From contig JBBSVN010000005.1 of the NCBI GenBank assembly GCA_038046765.1, forward strand, positions 82,490 through 146,489: a stretch of DNA of 64,000 bases, in the 5' to 3' direction. Source of the stretch: Candidatus Micrarchaeota archaeon. Lineage in GTDB: Archaea; Micrarchaeota; Micrarchaeia; Anstonellales; Bilamarchaeaceae. Shown here piece after piece: positions 39,580 through 49,408 of the stretch (its first letter is position 1; each line of letters opens with the position of its first letter). The notes beneath the pieces are model-generated. The model was not told the origin of the DNA and did no database searches. It worked only from the letters and a program-made list of their open reading frames with translations. The translations under genes were made by a program, and so were the position numbers.

Positions 39580-40404
39580 TTATTGTGCATCCTTAACTCT
39601 AACTTCTAAGTTTTCATTTCCAGTTCGTTCTACTTCGAAAATAGTTCTATTATACCCAGCGAATACAAATGTAGCTCGATGACTGTAAGTATTTAAACCA
39701 TATCTCCAACCTAAATGATCGCTTATAGCTCTAGATAGGGGTCGTACTTCTATTTTGTCGTTTGTAGTAAATGTTTGCATACCCATATCTATTGCACTTA
39801 TTCCATCTTTCTTATCTATTTTTGCACTTTCTTCTGCTGTTAGAATCCTCGGAAGGCAATCTCCATTTGGATCAATTATCTTTCCTACCTGTCTGTCCCT
39901 TGTTTTTAATCCCCAATACCTAGCTACGTTAGTGGCAACTATAACTTTTTTAGGGACTATTATATCTCGTTCGCCTTCCTTTGCAAATTCTTTAAATTCA
40001 CTTATAAGCAGTACGGTATTTTTATGCGCTCTTCCAGTAAATTCGCTTTGTGCAAGATGTTTATCTAAATCCACGATCGTTAATTCTGTTTCAGGGTCGC
40101 TAACGCTGAGCCTTCCGCGCTTGAAATAACTACCTAATCCCGGGCATATTACAATTGTATTTAACCATATTGGATGTCTCCATTTCAATCCTCCGGGTTG
40201 CGTTATCAACCTAAAAAAAGGTGTATTTCGTATAATTAAATCCCTGTGAAAATCTTTATTCTCGGGTAAACCCCCTTTATCCTGCATCATTTGATGCGCT
40301 TGCAACCATGGCATCTGAACTCCAGTTGAAACGATCTCTTTTCTTTTTGTTCCGCTTAATTCTAGTTTTATCAAAGTCATACTATCTCCAATTAACATTT
40401 GCAA
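39580..40404 (-). CDS. Hypothetical protein
   Basis: 274-aa ORF. Confidence 0.55.
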   Translation of the reverse strand: MQMLIGDSMTLIKLELSGTKRKEIVSTGVQMPWLQAHQMMQDKGGLPENKDFHRDLIIRNTPFFRLITQPGGLKWRHPIWLNTIVICPGLGSYFKRGRLSVSDPETELTIVDLDKHLAQSEFTGRAHKNTVLLISEFKEFAKEGERDIIVPKKVIVATNVARYWGLKTRDRQVGKIIDPNGDCLPRILTAEESAKIDKKDGISAIDMGMQTFTTNDKIEVRPLSRAISDHLGWRYGLNTYSHRATFVFAGYNRTIFEVERTGNENLEVRVKDAQ

Positions 40405-40466
40405 AAACTAGAATATTATTTTAGTCCAATCGTACGCTGGTTCATTTATAATTAGAACTTATATCG

Positions 40467-41180
40467 CTAAATTTTCTTAAGTACTTTAAAAAATAGTGGA
40501 ATCAGTTTTGATTCTGCTTTCCTTAAATGCTCTGATAATGTTGGTGGAGAAATGCCTATCTGAATCGCCAACTCCTCAAGGCTAACTTTTTTTGGAATAT
40601 CATAATAACCCTGGTTGCAAGCTAGTTCAAAAACCTCTCTTTGACGTTCACTTAATAAATCTCTCGCAGAGTTTAAATCAAAAAATCCACTCTTACTAAA
40701 AACATCCAAATTGACTTTATTCGCTTCCAATATTTTCTTTCTTTTTAATTTTATGTTCCAATCCTGCTCTTCCCAGTTTTTTACTAAGTTCTTTAATTGA
40801 TTATATGAACTAGCAAGTAATAGTTCCGTGTCTGCACCTTCTTTTGTTACGGGACTTTCAAGTAATGTTACTCCGCTTTCGTGCAATATTTTCAAAGTCA
40901 TTGCCTTGTAGCTCGAAGTTATCTTAAGCAGCGCAGTTTTATTTGTTTTAGTTACTACTTCAAGTTTTTTTACTAATTTATGTCCTCTTAAAAAGTCTAT
41001 ATCTTTGTCTATTCTTAAGGATTCTATTTTTACTAAGCTGGTTATGTTGTCGTTCTGTATTCCGAGCGTCCTTATGGTATTTCCGTGTGCGTCCTTACTT
41101 TTTTCCGTAAGATCAACAAGCCAGCACGGGTGGGAGATATTCACTTCAAAAAATATCAATTCCTTTTTACTTGCTGGCAT
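40467..41180 (-). CDS. Bat-type (HTH_10) transcriptional regulator
   Basis: LSERQREV...GYYDIPKK...EHLRKAESK. Confidence 0.88.
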   Translation of the reverse strand: MPASKKELIFFEVNISHPCWLVDLTEKSKDAHGNTIRTLGIQNDNITSLVKIESLRIDKDIDFLRGHKLVKKLEVVTKTNKTALLKITSSYKAMTLKILHESGVTLLESPVTKEGADTELLLASSYNQLKNLVKNWEEQDWNIKLKRKKILEANKVNLDVFSKSGFFDLNSARDLLSERQREVFELACNQGYYDIPKKVSLEELAIQIGISPPTLSEHLRKAESKLIPLFFKVLKKI

Positions 41181-41258
41181 CTCTTCAACTCGTTTTTATT
41201 ATGTCTGCTTAATTGTTTCGTAAAAATAAATCTGTCAAGAAATAAAAAGAAATGCTTA

Positions 41259-42320
41259 TTACTTTCTAAATCTTTCTCTTAACCAGTCAGGCTGATAATA
41301 TTTCGAAGGATTACTCATACGATCTAATTGTTCATAAGCTGATTTAGATTTTCCTTCTGGGTCTTTTTCTGCTATACTAATCAATGCTAGTTTGAACTTG
41401 TCAATACTAAATTCTTTTATCGCGCGTGTAGCATAATAAAAAGATTCATCTTTTTTAAATCCTAAGGACTTTGCCTGATCTATTATTTGTTGCGCATTCG
41501 GGTATATTAAAAATTCGCAGAAAAATTTAAGTTCTTCTAAATCATATAAAATCGGATATTTTTTCGAATCATTAAATGGATATGCGGGGTGAGTACTTCT
41601 CGAATATTTCATTGCTTTTTTAACTGTTGTTTCATTGTACGTTCTAAGCAGCTCTATCGCTTCCCTGTTTTTTATTGTTTGAAAATCTATTACATTCGGA
41701 ATTAAACCTATTTCTGCTGCTTTTCTGGTTGTGTCTTCACCGTATAATTTGACTGCCCGTGTACAATCAATAATATCTACCTTATATTTATCTGATATGT
41801 CTTTTGCAATTTTGACATTTTCTTCTCCTAAACTAGAAAGTAATTCTGCTTTTTCTAATACTTTTAATACTTCACTTATTACATAACCTGAATGGCCAGG
41901 ATAGTATGCAATTGTCTGATTTGCGCGTTTAAACTGTTTTCGATATCTTTCGCTAGAATCATTACTAATTATCTTCCTTATCTGTGAATCAAAATCTAAA
42001 TGCTTTTTTGCTACATCTATAATAAAATTAGTAATTGGTGCATTGGTTGTTGTACCTACCCTAGCATTTCTCAATTTTTCTAGCTGTGCATTTGCATAAT
42101 CTAAAATCGCCGTTTCACTAGTAAATCTACTTGGTTCTTTTGTATCTCCATCTTTTAGATAAATCACTTCACTTTGTGTTTGTTCCATTGTTTGTGTTTC
42201 TCTAGCTGGAATTGGTCGATATTTATCATAAGCGTATATACTTGCAGTTATCGCTAGTGCTGTAATTATCGATACTGTTGTTAGGTTTACTTTTTCGTTA
42301 AGTTTTCTTAGTAATTTCAT
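41259..42320 (-). CDS. Hypothetical membrane-anchored protein
   Basis: N-terminal TM helix, 353 aa. Confidence 0.6.
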   Translation of the reverse strand: MKLLRKLNEKVNLTTVSIITALAITASIYAYDKYRPIPARETQTMEQTQSEVIYLKDGDTKEPSRFTSETAILDYANAQLEKLRNARVGTTTNAPITNFIIDVAKKHLDFDSQIRKIISNDSSERYRKQFKRANQTIAYYPGHSGYVISEVLKVLEKAELLSSLGEENVKIAKDISDKYKVDIIDCTRAVKLYGEDTTRKAAEIGLIPNVIDFQTIKNREAIELLRTYNETTVKKAMKYSRSTHPAYPFNDSKKYPILYDLEELKFFCEFLIYPNAQQIIDQAKSLGFKKDESFYYATRAIKEFSIDKFKLALISIAEKDPEGKSKSAYEQLDRMSNPSKYYQPDWLRERFRK

Positions 42321-42681
42321 TTTAACTCCTGTTTTTGGGTAATTCGGATAAATGTTATAATAAGTATATACTTGTAAGTATTTTAAATGCTATCGAAAAT
42401 AAGAAATTTACTATGTTTAGCTAATTCTAAAGCATTAAAAACTATTCTAATAACTAATTATTCTACTACTTTTGCCTTAAGTTTATTCTGGGTAAAATGT
42501 CCGTTATTTATAAGTTAACGACTGGCAATGCCGTTAGAATTATTTTAATGCACTTCAAAAACGACGATTCGTTTTTGAGGATTTGAGAAAGACGATTCAT
42601 TCTCAAAGTTGCCCTACAGGTATGTAATTAGAAAAATCACTTTTTTCTAAGTATGCTTGTATGTAATAAGTATATACAAAT

Positions 42682-42838
42682 GCAGGGATGACAGAGCCCG
42701 GTCAAATGTGCGGGACTTAAGTGAACAAAATTGTTCAAAGAAATCCCGTGACTTAGTGTCTGCGCAAGTTCAAAGAGCCCTTTTCGGGTTGCCTAAAAGG
42801 CAACACCTCAAAATGGCCTGAAAATCCTGCTCCCTGCA
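42682..42838 (+). tRNA. tRNA-Leu(TAA) with 37/38 intron (42722..42742) and T-loop 59/60 intron (42775..42824)
   Basis: GCAGGGA/TCCCTGC, CGGGA-CTTAAG|A-TCCCG, long variable arm, BHB motifs. Confidence 0.9.
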
Positions 42839-42903
42839 AATTTCTTTTTATAAAATTAGCTAACTATAATTTATAAAAATAAGAATAAAATAAAAAGTAA
42901 AAA

Positions 42904-43635
42904 CTATCCATACATACTTCCAGGAGTGCTTTCATCTGCTCGTCTTATTTTTGATTTTATTACTGAGTCTTTAATTGCCTTTGAAATTTCTTTTGCTTCT
43001 TTATCTAGCATGTTTGTGCTTATACTGACGTTTAACATTTGACTTAATACTCGTAAAACATTTGACGATGCCTTCGGATCTAAACCATCTTCAGCTGCTT
43101 CTCCAAGTAAAGAAACAACGGGGAAATTTTCTATTGCCCCCTTAGCTAAAAGTATTCCAATAACTCCCGTTGTAGCACCTTCTTTTATTGGTTTAACGAG
43201 TTTTTTAGCTAACAAGTTCTTGCTAATTTTTTTATCACTAGCTACTACATAAACTGCATTTTCGTCGTCTTTAAGTGAAATTCCTCCAAGTGAAACTACG
43301 TAACTAGCGTCAATTGTGTGTGCAAATTCGAATACTTTATCTGCTAAATCTGAAATCGTTGAAGTTGGTATTGACATTTCTGAAAGCAATAAAACAACAT
43401 TATACTTTGGTGAATAATGTATTCTTACTGGAGGTAAGGGGATATAATCATGAATCGCAGCTAGTGGAGCGAAAGTTGGGCTTGTAACATAACCTACAAA
43501 TTCCATGCTTAAGGCATCAACCATTTGAGAACCGGCTACGCTTCCAACTAAACCTACACCTGGAAAACCTAAAACTAATACTGGATTTTTTCCTTTTATT
43601 TCAGAGATTTTATGAATTTCAATGTTAGCTACCAT
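42904..43635 (-). CDS. Proteasome assembly chaperone (PAC2 family)
   Basis: GFPGVGLVG, SLGG, DPKA and C-terminal MYG. Confidence 0.88.
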   Translation of the reverse strand: MVANIEIHKISEIKGKNPVLVLGFPGVGLVGSVAGSQMVDALSMEFVGYVTSPTFAPLAAIHDYIPLPPVRIHYSPKYNVVLLLSEMSIPTSTISDLADKVFEFAHTIDASYVVSLGGISLKDDENAVYVVASDKKISKNLLAKKLVKPIKEGATTGVIGILLAKGAIENFPVVSLLGEAAEDGLDPKASSNVLRVLSQMLNVSISTNMLDKEAKEISKAIKDSVIKSKIRRADESTPGSMYG

Positions 43636-43688
43636 ATAGCTTGTTATTAAGATGAGGTTTATAAATTATTCCTTAGCAATTAATCATT

Positions 43689-43856
43689 ATGGCACAAGAT
43701 CGAGTAAGTATGCCCATGTCATCAGCAGGTATCATGGGTTTTTCATCAGATACTAAACTAGAAGGAATACAATTAGATCCAAAGATGTTCGTGATCGCAG
43801 CATTTGTATTTGTTATCATTGTTAAACTCGCGGATGTTCTTACAAAAACAAGATAA
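43689..43856 (+). CDS. Sec61-beta (55 aa, not in ORF track)
   Basis: MPMSSAGIMGFS...IQLDP followed by one TM helix. Confidence 0.88.
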   Translation: MAQDRVSMPMSSAGIMGFSSDTKLEGIQLDPKMFVIAAFVFVIIVKLADVLTKTR

Positions 43857-43858
43857 AC

Positions 43859-45028
43859 TTACATTAGTTCTTTAGCTGCCTTTGATACTAGTTCGCGGTT
43901 TTCTTCTTTAGCTAATACAAGTATTTTATTTCTCTTTTCTGCATTTTCTTTTAGTGCCTTTACTAATACTGAAAGTTCATCTATTGCAGCTAGTCCGTTA
44001 TCTGTATTTACCTTCATGTCTACTGCTTTTAGTGAATGTGAAAGCGGTCCCGATCTAACCTTGAAGTTTACTGGTTTAAATAATTCGTGAGGGTAGTCTA
44101 GGATTACGTCAACACCGCAATTTTGTTTTAATTTTTCCTCCAACATATCGATATCCTTTTTATTATACTTTTTTGCATCAAGAGAATATACCTCTTTGTA
44201 TAATTTCCGATTCCAAAGCATGTTCGTGTAACTATTCGCCTTTTTTAGTTTTTTCATTTCCAGTAATGCTTCCTCATCTCCCCAGTTCAAGAATTTTTCA
44301 GGCAAACCTGCTTCTTCTTCTATTGCTAAAGTTAATGCCTGTTTTAAAATCGCAGCTGCAATTCTAACTGTCTTATGAAGATAAACCGTAGAAAACATCA
44401 TGAATCTGGCAATAAGTAATGACTCAGCAGCTACTAATCCATTCTCTTCTATGCAAAGTTCTCCATCTACTAGCCTTAATGTGTGTATTATTCTGTCCAC
44501 GTCAATTATTCCGTATGCTACTCCTGTGTTTTGCGCGTCTCTTTGCAAATAATCCATCCTGTCCGCTCCAAGGTCGCTAGTTACTATCTTTCCTAGTTGT
44601 TCGTTTTCTACACCAAGTATTTCCTGTGGTTTGTAATTTTCGTTTATTGCATCTGCGATCTCGCCACTAAGTATCTTCTTTCTTCCAACCTCTTCGTGGT
44701 CGCCTAAATATTTTTTAAGTACGCGCTCGCCTTCATGAGAAAAAGCAACATGCCCAACATCATGCAATAGTGCATATAACCTTATTTTTTCTTTATCTTC
44801 TTTTGATACGCCTAATTTATCGCAAATTGTCGATGCTAAATAAACAGTTCCGATACAATGCTCGAATCTAGAGTGAGTTGCTCCCGGATAAACTAAATAA
44901 GTAAAAGCCATCTGTTTTATTCTTCTTAATCTTTGAAAATCAGCGCAGTCAATTATCGATTTTTCTAAATCTGTGTACTCTACTGTTCGGTATACTTCAT
45001 CTTTGATGATCATAAGTTTCACCAGCAA
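43859..45028 (-). CDS. HD-domain phosphohydrolase (SAMHD1/dNTPase-like)
   Basis: FQRLRRIKQ, HSRFEH, LLHDVGH and ADRMDYL motifs. Confidence 0.9.
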   Translation of the reverse strand: MLVKLMIIKDEVYRTVEYTDLEKSIIDCADFQRLRRIKQMAFTYLVYPGATHSRFEHCIGTVYLASTICDKLGVSKEDKEKIRLYALLHDVGHVAFSHEGERVLKKYLGDHEEVGRKKILSGEIADAINENYKPQEILGVENEQLGKIVTSDLGADRMDYLQRDAQNTGVAYGIIDVDRIIHTLRLVDGELCIEENGLVAAESLLIARFMMFSTVYLHKTVRIAAAILKQALTLAIEEEAGLPEKFLNWGDEEALLEMKKLKKANSYTNMLWNRKLYKEVYSLDAKKYNKKDIDMLEEKLKQNCGVDVILDYPHELFKPVNFKVRSGPLSHSLKAVDMKVNTDNGLAAIDELSVLVKALKENAEKRNKILVLAKEENRELVSKAAKELM

Positions 45029-45103
45029 TGAGCCATGAGCAATGCGTTAGTGAGCTACGAGTTTTGTTTGCTCACTGCTCAAGGCACAATGCTCAAAGCT
45101 AAT

Positions 45104-45970
45104 TTATACATTAACATATACTCCTTTTTTCTTTTCCATCGCCTCTCCTTTTTCACACATTACTATCAGCATTGCCTTTGCTAAATCAAGAGATATATTA
45201 AGTGTTTTTGAAATTGCATCTGTACTTGTTGGTTGTTCTATTATTGATTTAATTAGTGGCATATATCTTATGTAAACAAACTTATTTACTACATAAAATT
45301 TCCCATCAAAACCTTTTATTCCGATTAAGTCTCCTGCCTTAAATTGCTTTCTGTAAATGTCTGAAAATTGTATCGCATCGCGTTCGCCTTCAATTATTTT
45401 GACATCTACTGTATGTGGTGGCGTAGTTTTTTCATTCTGTTCAACTGATTTTGAAGTTGATTTTTGTTCTTCTTGTTTTGTTGTTTGTTTTTGGATAAAT
45501 TTATCCTCTAATATCCTTGGTTCGGGTGTTTGAATTGTATCTGTCTTTCTTTCCTGTGCTTTTTGTAGTAAAGAGTAAACACTGTCCTGTACATTGTAAA
45601 CGCCATCTGGGTATTTTTTACTTTTAAAAACATTTATATAATTTTTTTCAATCAAAATTTTTAACGTATTCCTTTCGTTCTCTCCAATAAATTGTTCTAC
45701 TCCTTTTGGAGTTCTATTTTCAAATTTTATGCTTAATATTTTTCTAAGTAAAGTTTCTTCTGCTTGGCCTATTTCTGTAGTTTTTTGTTGTTCTACTAGT
45801 TTTACATAGCTTGTTTCGTTTGTTATTTCGATGGATTTGTTTCCAAGCACGGGGGATAATAAATAATATCCCTCTTTAAGTTTGAATAATTCTACATCAA
45901 TAAGACTAGCTAATTCATCTGGTAATTCGATGTATCCCTTGTTCTCTTTTCTTGTTACTTGTATTTTCAT
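45104..45970 (-). CDS. Hypothetical protein
   Basis: 288-aa ORF, possible C-terminal wHTH. Confidence 0.6.
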   Translation of the reverse strand: MKIQVTRKENKGYIELPDELASLIDVELFKLKEGYYLLSPVLGNKSIEITNETSYVKLVEQQKTTEIGQAEETLLRKILSIKFENRTPKGVEQFIGENERNTLKILIEKNYINVFKSKKYPDGVYNVQDSVYSLLQKAQERKTDTIQTPEPRILEDKFIQKQTTKQEEQKSTSKSVEQNEKTTPPHTVDVKIIEGERDAIQFSDIYRKQFKAGDLIGIKGFDGKFYVVNKFVYIRYMPLIKSIIEQPTSTDAISKTLNISLDLAKAMLIVMCEKGEAMEKKKGVYVNV

Positions 45971-46032
45971 TTTTAATTTACCCGTTACTAATAGAACGTT
46001 CTTATTTAAATTCCTAGATTTATTTATTACAC

Positions 46033-46782
46033 ATGCAAAATGCGGTTCGTTTCCCAGAAATTGATCTTTTACGTGGAATTGCCATAGTTATGATGGCAAT
46101 TTTTCACTTTATGTTTGATCTAAACTATTTTGGTTTTGTTTCTGTTGAACTTTACCAAGGAGTTTGGTTAATTTTTCAAAGAATTACGATAACGCTTTTC
46201 TTATTGTTAGCAGGAGTTTCTTTACACATTAGTTACGAACGACTTGAGGATAAAAGTTTTGCCACAGTTTTTGCAAAGTTTGGAAAGCGTAGTGCGTTCC
46301 TCTTTGCGGTTTCCGTTTTAATTACAATCGGGACGTATGTTTTTCTAAATGGGCAAGGATTTGTTGTTTTTGGAATAATTCACTTGATTGCACTTTCAAT
46401 GCTTCTTTCGATTTTATTTGTCGGACAGAACAAGTTTGTTAATTTGGTGGCGGGGTTAGCGATAATTTCAATCGGATTTCTAATCTACGGGATAACAACA
46501 AATTCTTTACTCGGTTTAGTTTTAGGGTTGCCCTCTGCTAATTTTTACACAATAGATTATGTTCCGTTATTTCCTTATTTTGGGATTGTTCTAATAGGAA
46601 TATTTATGGGGAAAACATTGTATGCGAATGGACAGCGTGTTTTTACTTTGCCCAAAATTAATTTTGATTTTCCCCCTACTTCATACTTTATTGATTTAGG
46701 TAAAAATTCGCTTTTAATTTATTTGGTGCATCAACCGATCATTATTGGATTGATTCTATTGTTTATTAGACTAAAATCGTAA
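46033..46782 (+). CDS. DUF1624 / heparan-alpha-glucosaminide N-acetyltransferase-like membrane protein
   Basis: IDLLRGIAI, DYVPLFP and SLLIYLVHQP motifs. Confidence 0.85.
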   Translation: MQNAVRFPEIDLLRGIAIVMMAIFHFMFDLNYFGFVSVELYQGVWLIFQRITITLFLLLAGVSLHISYERLEDKSFATVFAKFGKRSAFLFAVSVLITIGTYVFLNGQGFVVFGIIHLIALSMLLSILFVGQNKFVNLVAGLAIISIGFLIYGITTNSLLGLVLGLPSANFYTIDYVPLFPYFGIVLIGIFMGKTLYANGQRVFTLPKINFDFPPTSYFIDLGKNSLLIYLVHQPIIIGLILLFIRLKS

Positions 46783-46821
46783 AACCAAAGATTTTAAAAA
46801 ACAAAGAACGCAGTTTAATCT

Positions 46822-47097
46822 ATGAAGCGCGATAAAGTAATTGAACTACTTAGGAAAACCATAAAACAAAATGGTATAAAAAAAGCATATCTATTTGGCA
46901 GCTTTGCCAGAAAAGAATCCAAATATAATGATATCGACATTATAATCGAACCTCCAAAAGGATTTTCACTATTAGATCTTTCTCGTGTTGCTAATTCTTT
47001 AGAAGATCAGCTTGGAAAAAATATTGATATTGTTACTCTCAAGGGCATGGATGCCAGGATCAAAAAGATGGTAAAGAACGAGATGGTCGCTATATGA
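46822..47097 (+). CDS. Minimal nucleotidyltransferase (MNT antitoxin)
   Basis: LFGSFAR...NDID motif. Confidence 0.88.
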   Translation: MKRDKVIELLRKTIKQNGIKKAYLFGSFARKESKYNDIDIIIEPPKGFSLLDLSRVANSLEDQLGKNIDIVTLKGMDARIKKMVKNEMVAI

Positions 47098-47438
47098 CCA
47101 AAGATCCTTCATTCTATCTAAGCCATATTCTTGAATCAATAAATAAAATTAATAATTATTTAGATGGTGTAGACAAAGAAGAATTTTTAGATACAAACAT
47201 GCTAAAGGACGCAGTAATTCGAAATCTTGAGGTAATAGGTGAGGCCATCAAAAATATTCCCTCTGATTTTAAAGTTGAACATCCAGCTACTCCATGGCGA
47301 GATATTGCAGGTATGCGCGACCGTATCGTTCATTTTTACTTTGGAATAAATTACGATCTTGTTTGGGAAACTATCAAAAATGATTTGCCTGAATTGGAAG
47401 ATCAAATAGAAGTGATCCTTAAAAAAATGAAAAAATAA
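47094..47438 (+). CDS. HEPN/DUF86 toxin
   Basis: IGEA and MRDRIVHFY (Rx4H) motifs. Confidence 0.9.
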   Translation: MTKDPSFYLSHILESINKINNYLDGVDKEEFLDTNMLKDAVIRNLEVIGEAIKNIPSDFKVEHPATPWRDIAGMRDRIVHFYFGINYDLVWETIKNDLPELEDQIEVILKKMKK

Positions 47439-47720
47439 TTATGGCATAATCATTTTATGTTTCGGTTTCTTAGGTAAAAATTCGCTTTTAATTTATTTGG
47501 TGCATCAACCGATCATTATTGGATTGATTTTAGCACTTTCATAGTTAAGATAGTCAAAAACCTTAATCTTTTAAACTTTTTTCTTTAATATCTATTCAAA
47601 TACTGTATCTACTAATATTAGTTACAATCGAAAATACGGATCAATGCTTTTTATCGCATCGGATTAAAACATTAGTTTTACGTTTATAAAAAATTCTATT
47701 ATTTAAGAGGTGTATGAAAT

Positions 47721-49367
47721 ATGGCAAGACAAATGAATAGCGAAGGAACGTACGTTTTACCTGAAGGATCTCAAAGAATCCTCGGAAGAGATGCAATGAG
47801 AATAAATATTGCAATAGCTTACGCAGTAGCAAACATCGTAAAAACAACTTTAGGTCCAAAAGGAATGGATAAGATGTTGGTTAGCGATTTAGGGGATATC
47901 GTAATCACAAACGACGGTGCAACGATCTTACAAGAAATGAATGTTGATCACCCAGCTGCTAAATTAATGGTTGAAATCGCAAAAACACAAGATAAAGAAG
48001 TAGGTGATGGAACAACCACAAGCGTAGTTTTAGCTGGTAACTTACTTAAAAAAGCAGGCGATTTACTCGATCAAAATATTCATCCAACTTCAATAATTAA
48101 GGGATATGAACTTGCTTCAAAAAGAGCTGAACAGACCTTGGAAAAAGTTGCAGAAAAATTAAATCCTGATGATATTGCAACACTAAATAAAATTGGTTTA
48201 GTTGCAATGGGTTCAAAAGGAATCGGAACTGATGATGAAAAGAAGAAAATTGCAGATATCGTAGTTAGTGCTGTTAAACAAGTGTCTGAAAAGAACGGTA
48301 ACAAAGTTGTTGTTGACCAAGAACTAATAAAAATCGAGAAAAAGGCTGGTGGAGAAGTAATGAACACCGAATTGATCAAAGGTGTTTTAATCGATAAAGA
48401 AGTCGTCCACTCTGGAATGCCAAAGAAAGTAAAGGATGCAAAAATCTTACTTTTAGATGCAGCACTTGAAATAGAAAAAACCGAAGTCGATGCTAAAATT
48501 GAAATAACTAGCCCAGATCAGATGGAATCTTTCTTGAAGCAAGAAGAAAAAATGCTTAAAGATATGGTTGATAAAATTGTCGCAACTGGTGCAAACGTAG
48601 TTTTCTGTCAAAAAGGTATCGATGATTTATCTCAACATTACTTAGCCAAAAAAGGCGTAGTAGCAGTTAGGCGAGTTAAAAAGAGCGATATGGAAAAACT
48701 CTCTAGAGCAACTGGCGCTAAAATGGCAACAAGCCTAGATGATCTTAAAAAAGAAGATTTGGGATTTGCCGGTTCAATTGAAGAAAAACGCGTTGGCGGA
48801 GAAGCGATGGTGTTTGTAGAACAATGCAAAGATCCAAAGAGCGTTACAATCTTCGTTCGAGGCGGAACTGATCATGTAGTTAGCGAAGTCGAAAGGGCAA
48901 TTGTTGATGCTAAAGGAGCAGTCTCAAGTGCTTTAGAAGACGGGCTATACGTAATTGGCGGTGGAAGCGTCGAAATGCAATTAAGTAAAGAACTTAACAG
49001 TTATGCAGTTGAAATTGGAGGAAGAGAACAATTAGCCATTCAAGCATATGCTGAAGCATTAGAGTCTATTCCAAGAACCTTAGCTGAAAATGCAGGAATT
49101 GACCCAATCGATACAATCGTTTCATTAAGAAACAAGCACAAAACCGATGTTGGAAAATTCTTTGGTGTTGATGTTATGCTTGGTAAAGTTGCTGACTTAA
49201 AAGAAAAAGGAATATTAGAGCCAGCAAAAGTAAAAAGACAAGCAATGACTAGCGCTACTGAAACTGCTAGATTAATCCTAAGAATTGATGATATAATTAG
49301 TTCAAGAGGAAAATCCGGCGGAATGCCACCAGGAGGAATGCCACCTGGAATGGATGGTATGGAATAA
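47721..49367 (+). CDS. Thermosome (group II chaperonin) subunit
   Basis: [14 protein letters not shown] and GGM tail. Confidence 0.97.
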   Translation: MARQMNSEGTYVLPEGSQRILGRDAMRINIAIAYAVANIVKTTLGPKGMDKMLVSDLGDIVITNDGATILQEMNVDHPAAKLMVEIAKTQDKEVGDGTTTSVVLAGNLLKKAGDLLDQNIHPTSIIKGYELASKRAEQTLEKVAEKLNPDDIATLNKIGLVAMGSKGIGTDDEKKKIADIVVSAVKQVSEKNGNKVVVDQELIKIEKKAGGEVMNTELIKGVLIDKEVVHSGMPKKVKDAKILLLDAALEIEKTEVDAKIEITSPDQMESFLKQEEKMLKDMVDKIVATGANVVFCQKGIDDLSQHYLAKKGVVAVRRVKKSDMEKLSRATGAKMATSLDDLKKEDLGFAGSIEEKRVGGEAMVFVEQCKDPKSVTIFVRGGTDHVVSEVERAIVDAKGAVSSALEDGLYVIGGGSVEMQLSKELNSYAVEIGGREQLAIQAYAEALESIPRTLAENAGIDPIDTIVSLRNKHKTDVGKFFGVDVMLGKVADLKEKGILEPAKVKRQAMTSATETARLILRIDDIISSRGKSGGMPPGGMPPGMDGME

Positions 49368-49408
49368 TTTATTTAATTTTTTTTATTTTTCTAATTTTTT
49401 ATTCGCAT

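Larger units (their letters stand above)
46696..47529 (+). repeat. 60-bp perfect direct repeat (46696..46755 and 47470..47529) flanking an MNT-HEPN pair
   Basis: ttaggtaaaaattcg...ggattgatt occurs twice. Confidence 0.92.

Noticed and set aside
44008..44080. Diverged 48-nt internal duplication in the HD protein (FKPVNFKV / LKAVDMKV)
   Set aside because: Old tandem duplication with no hairpin or link to the element families.
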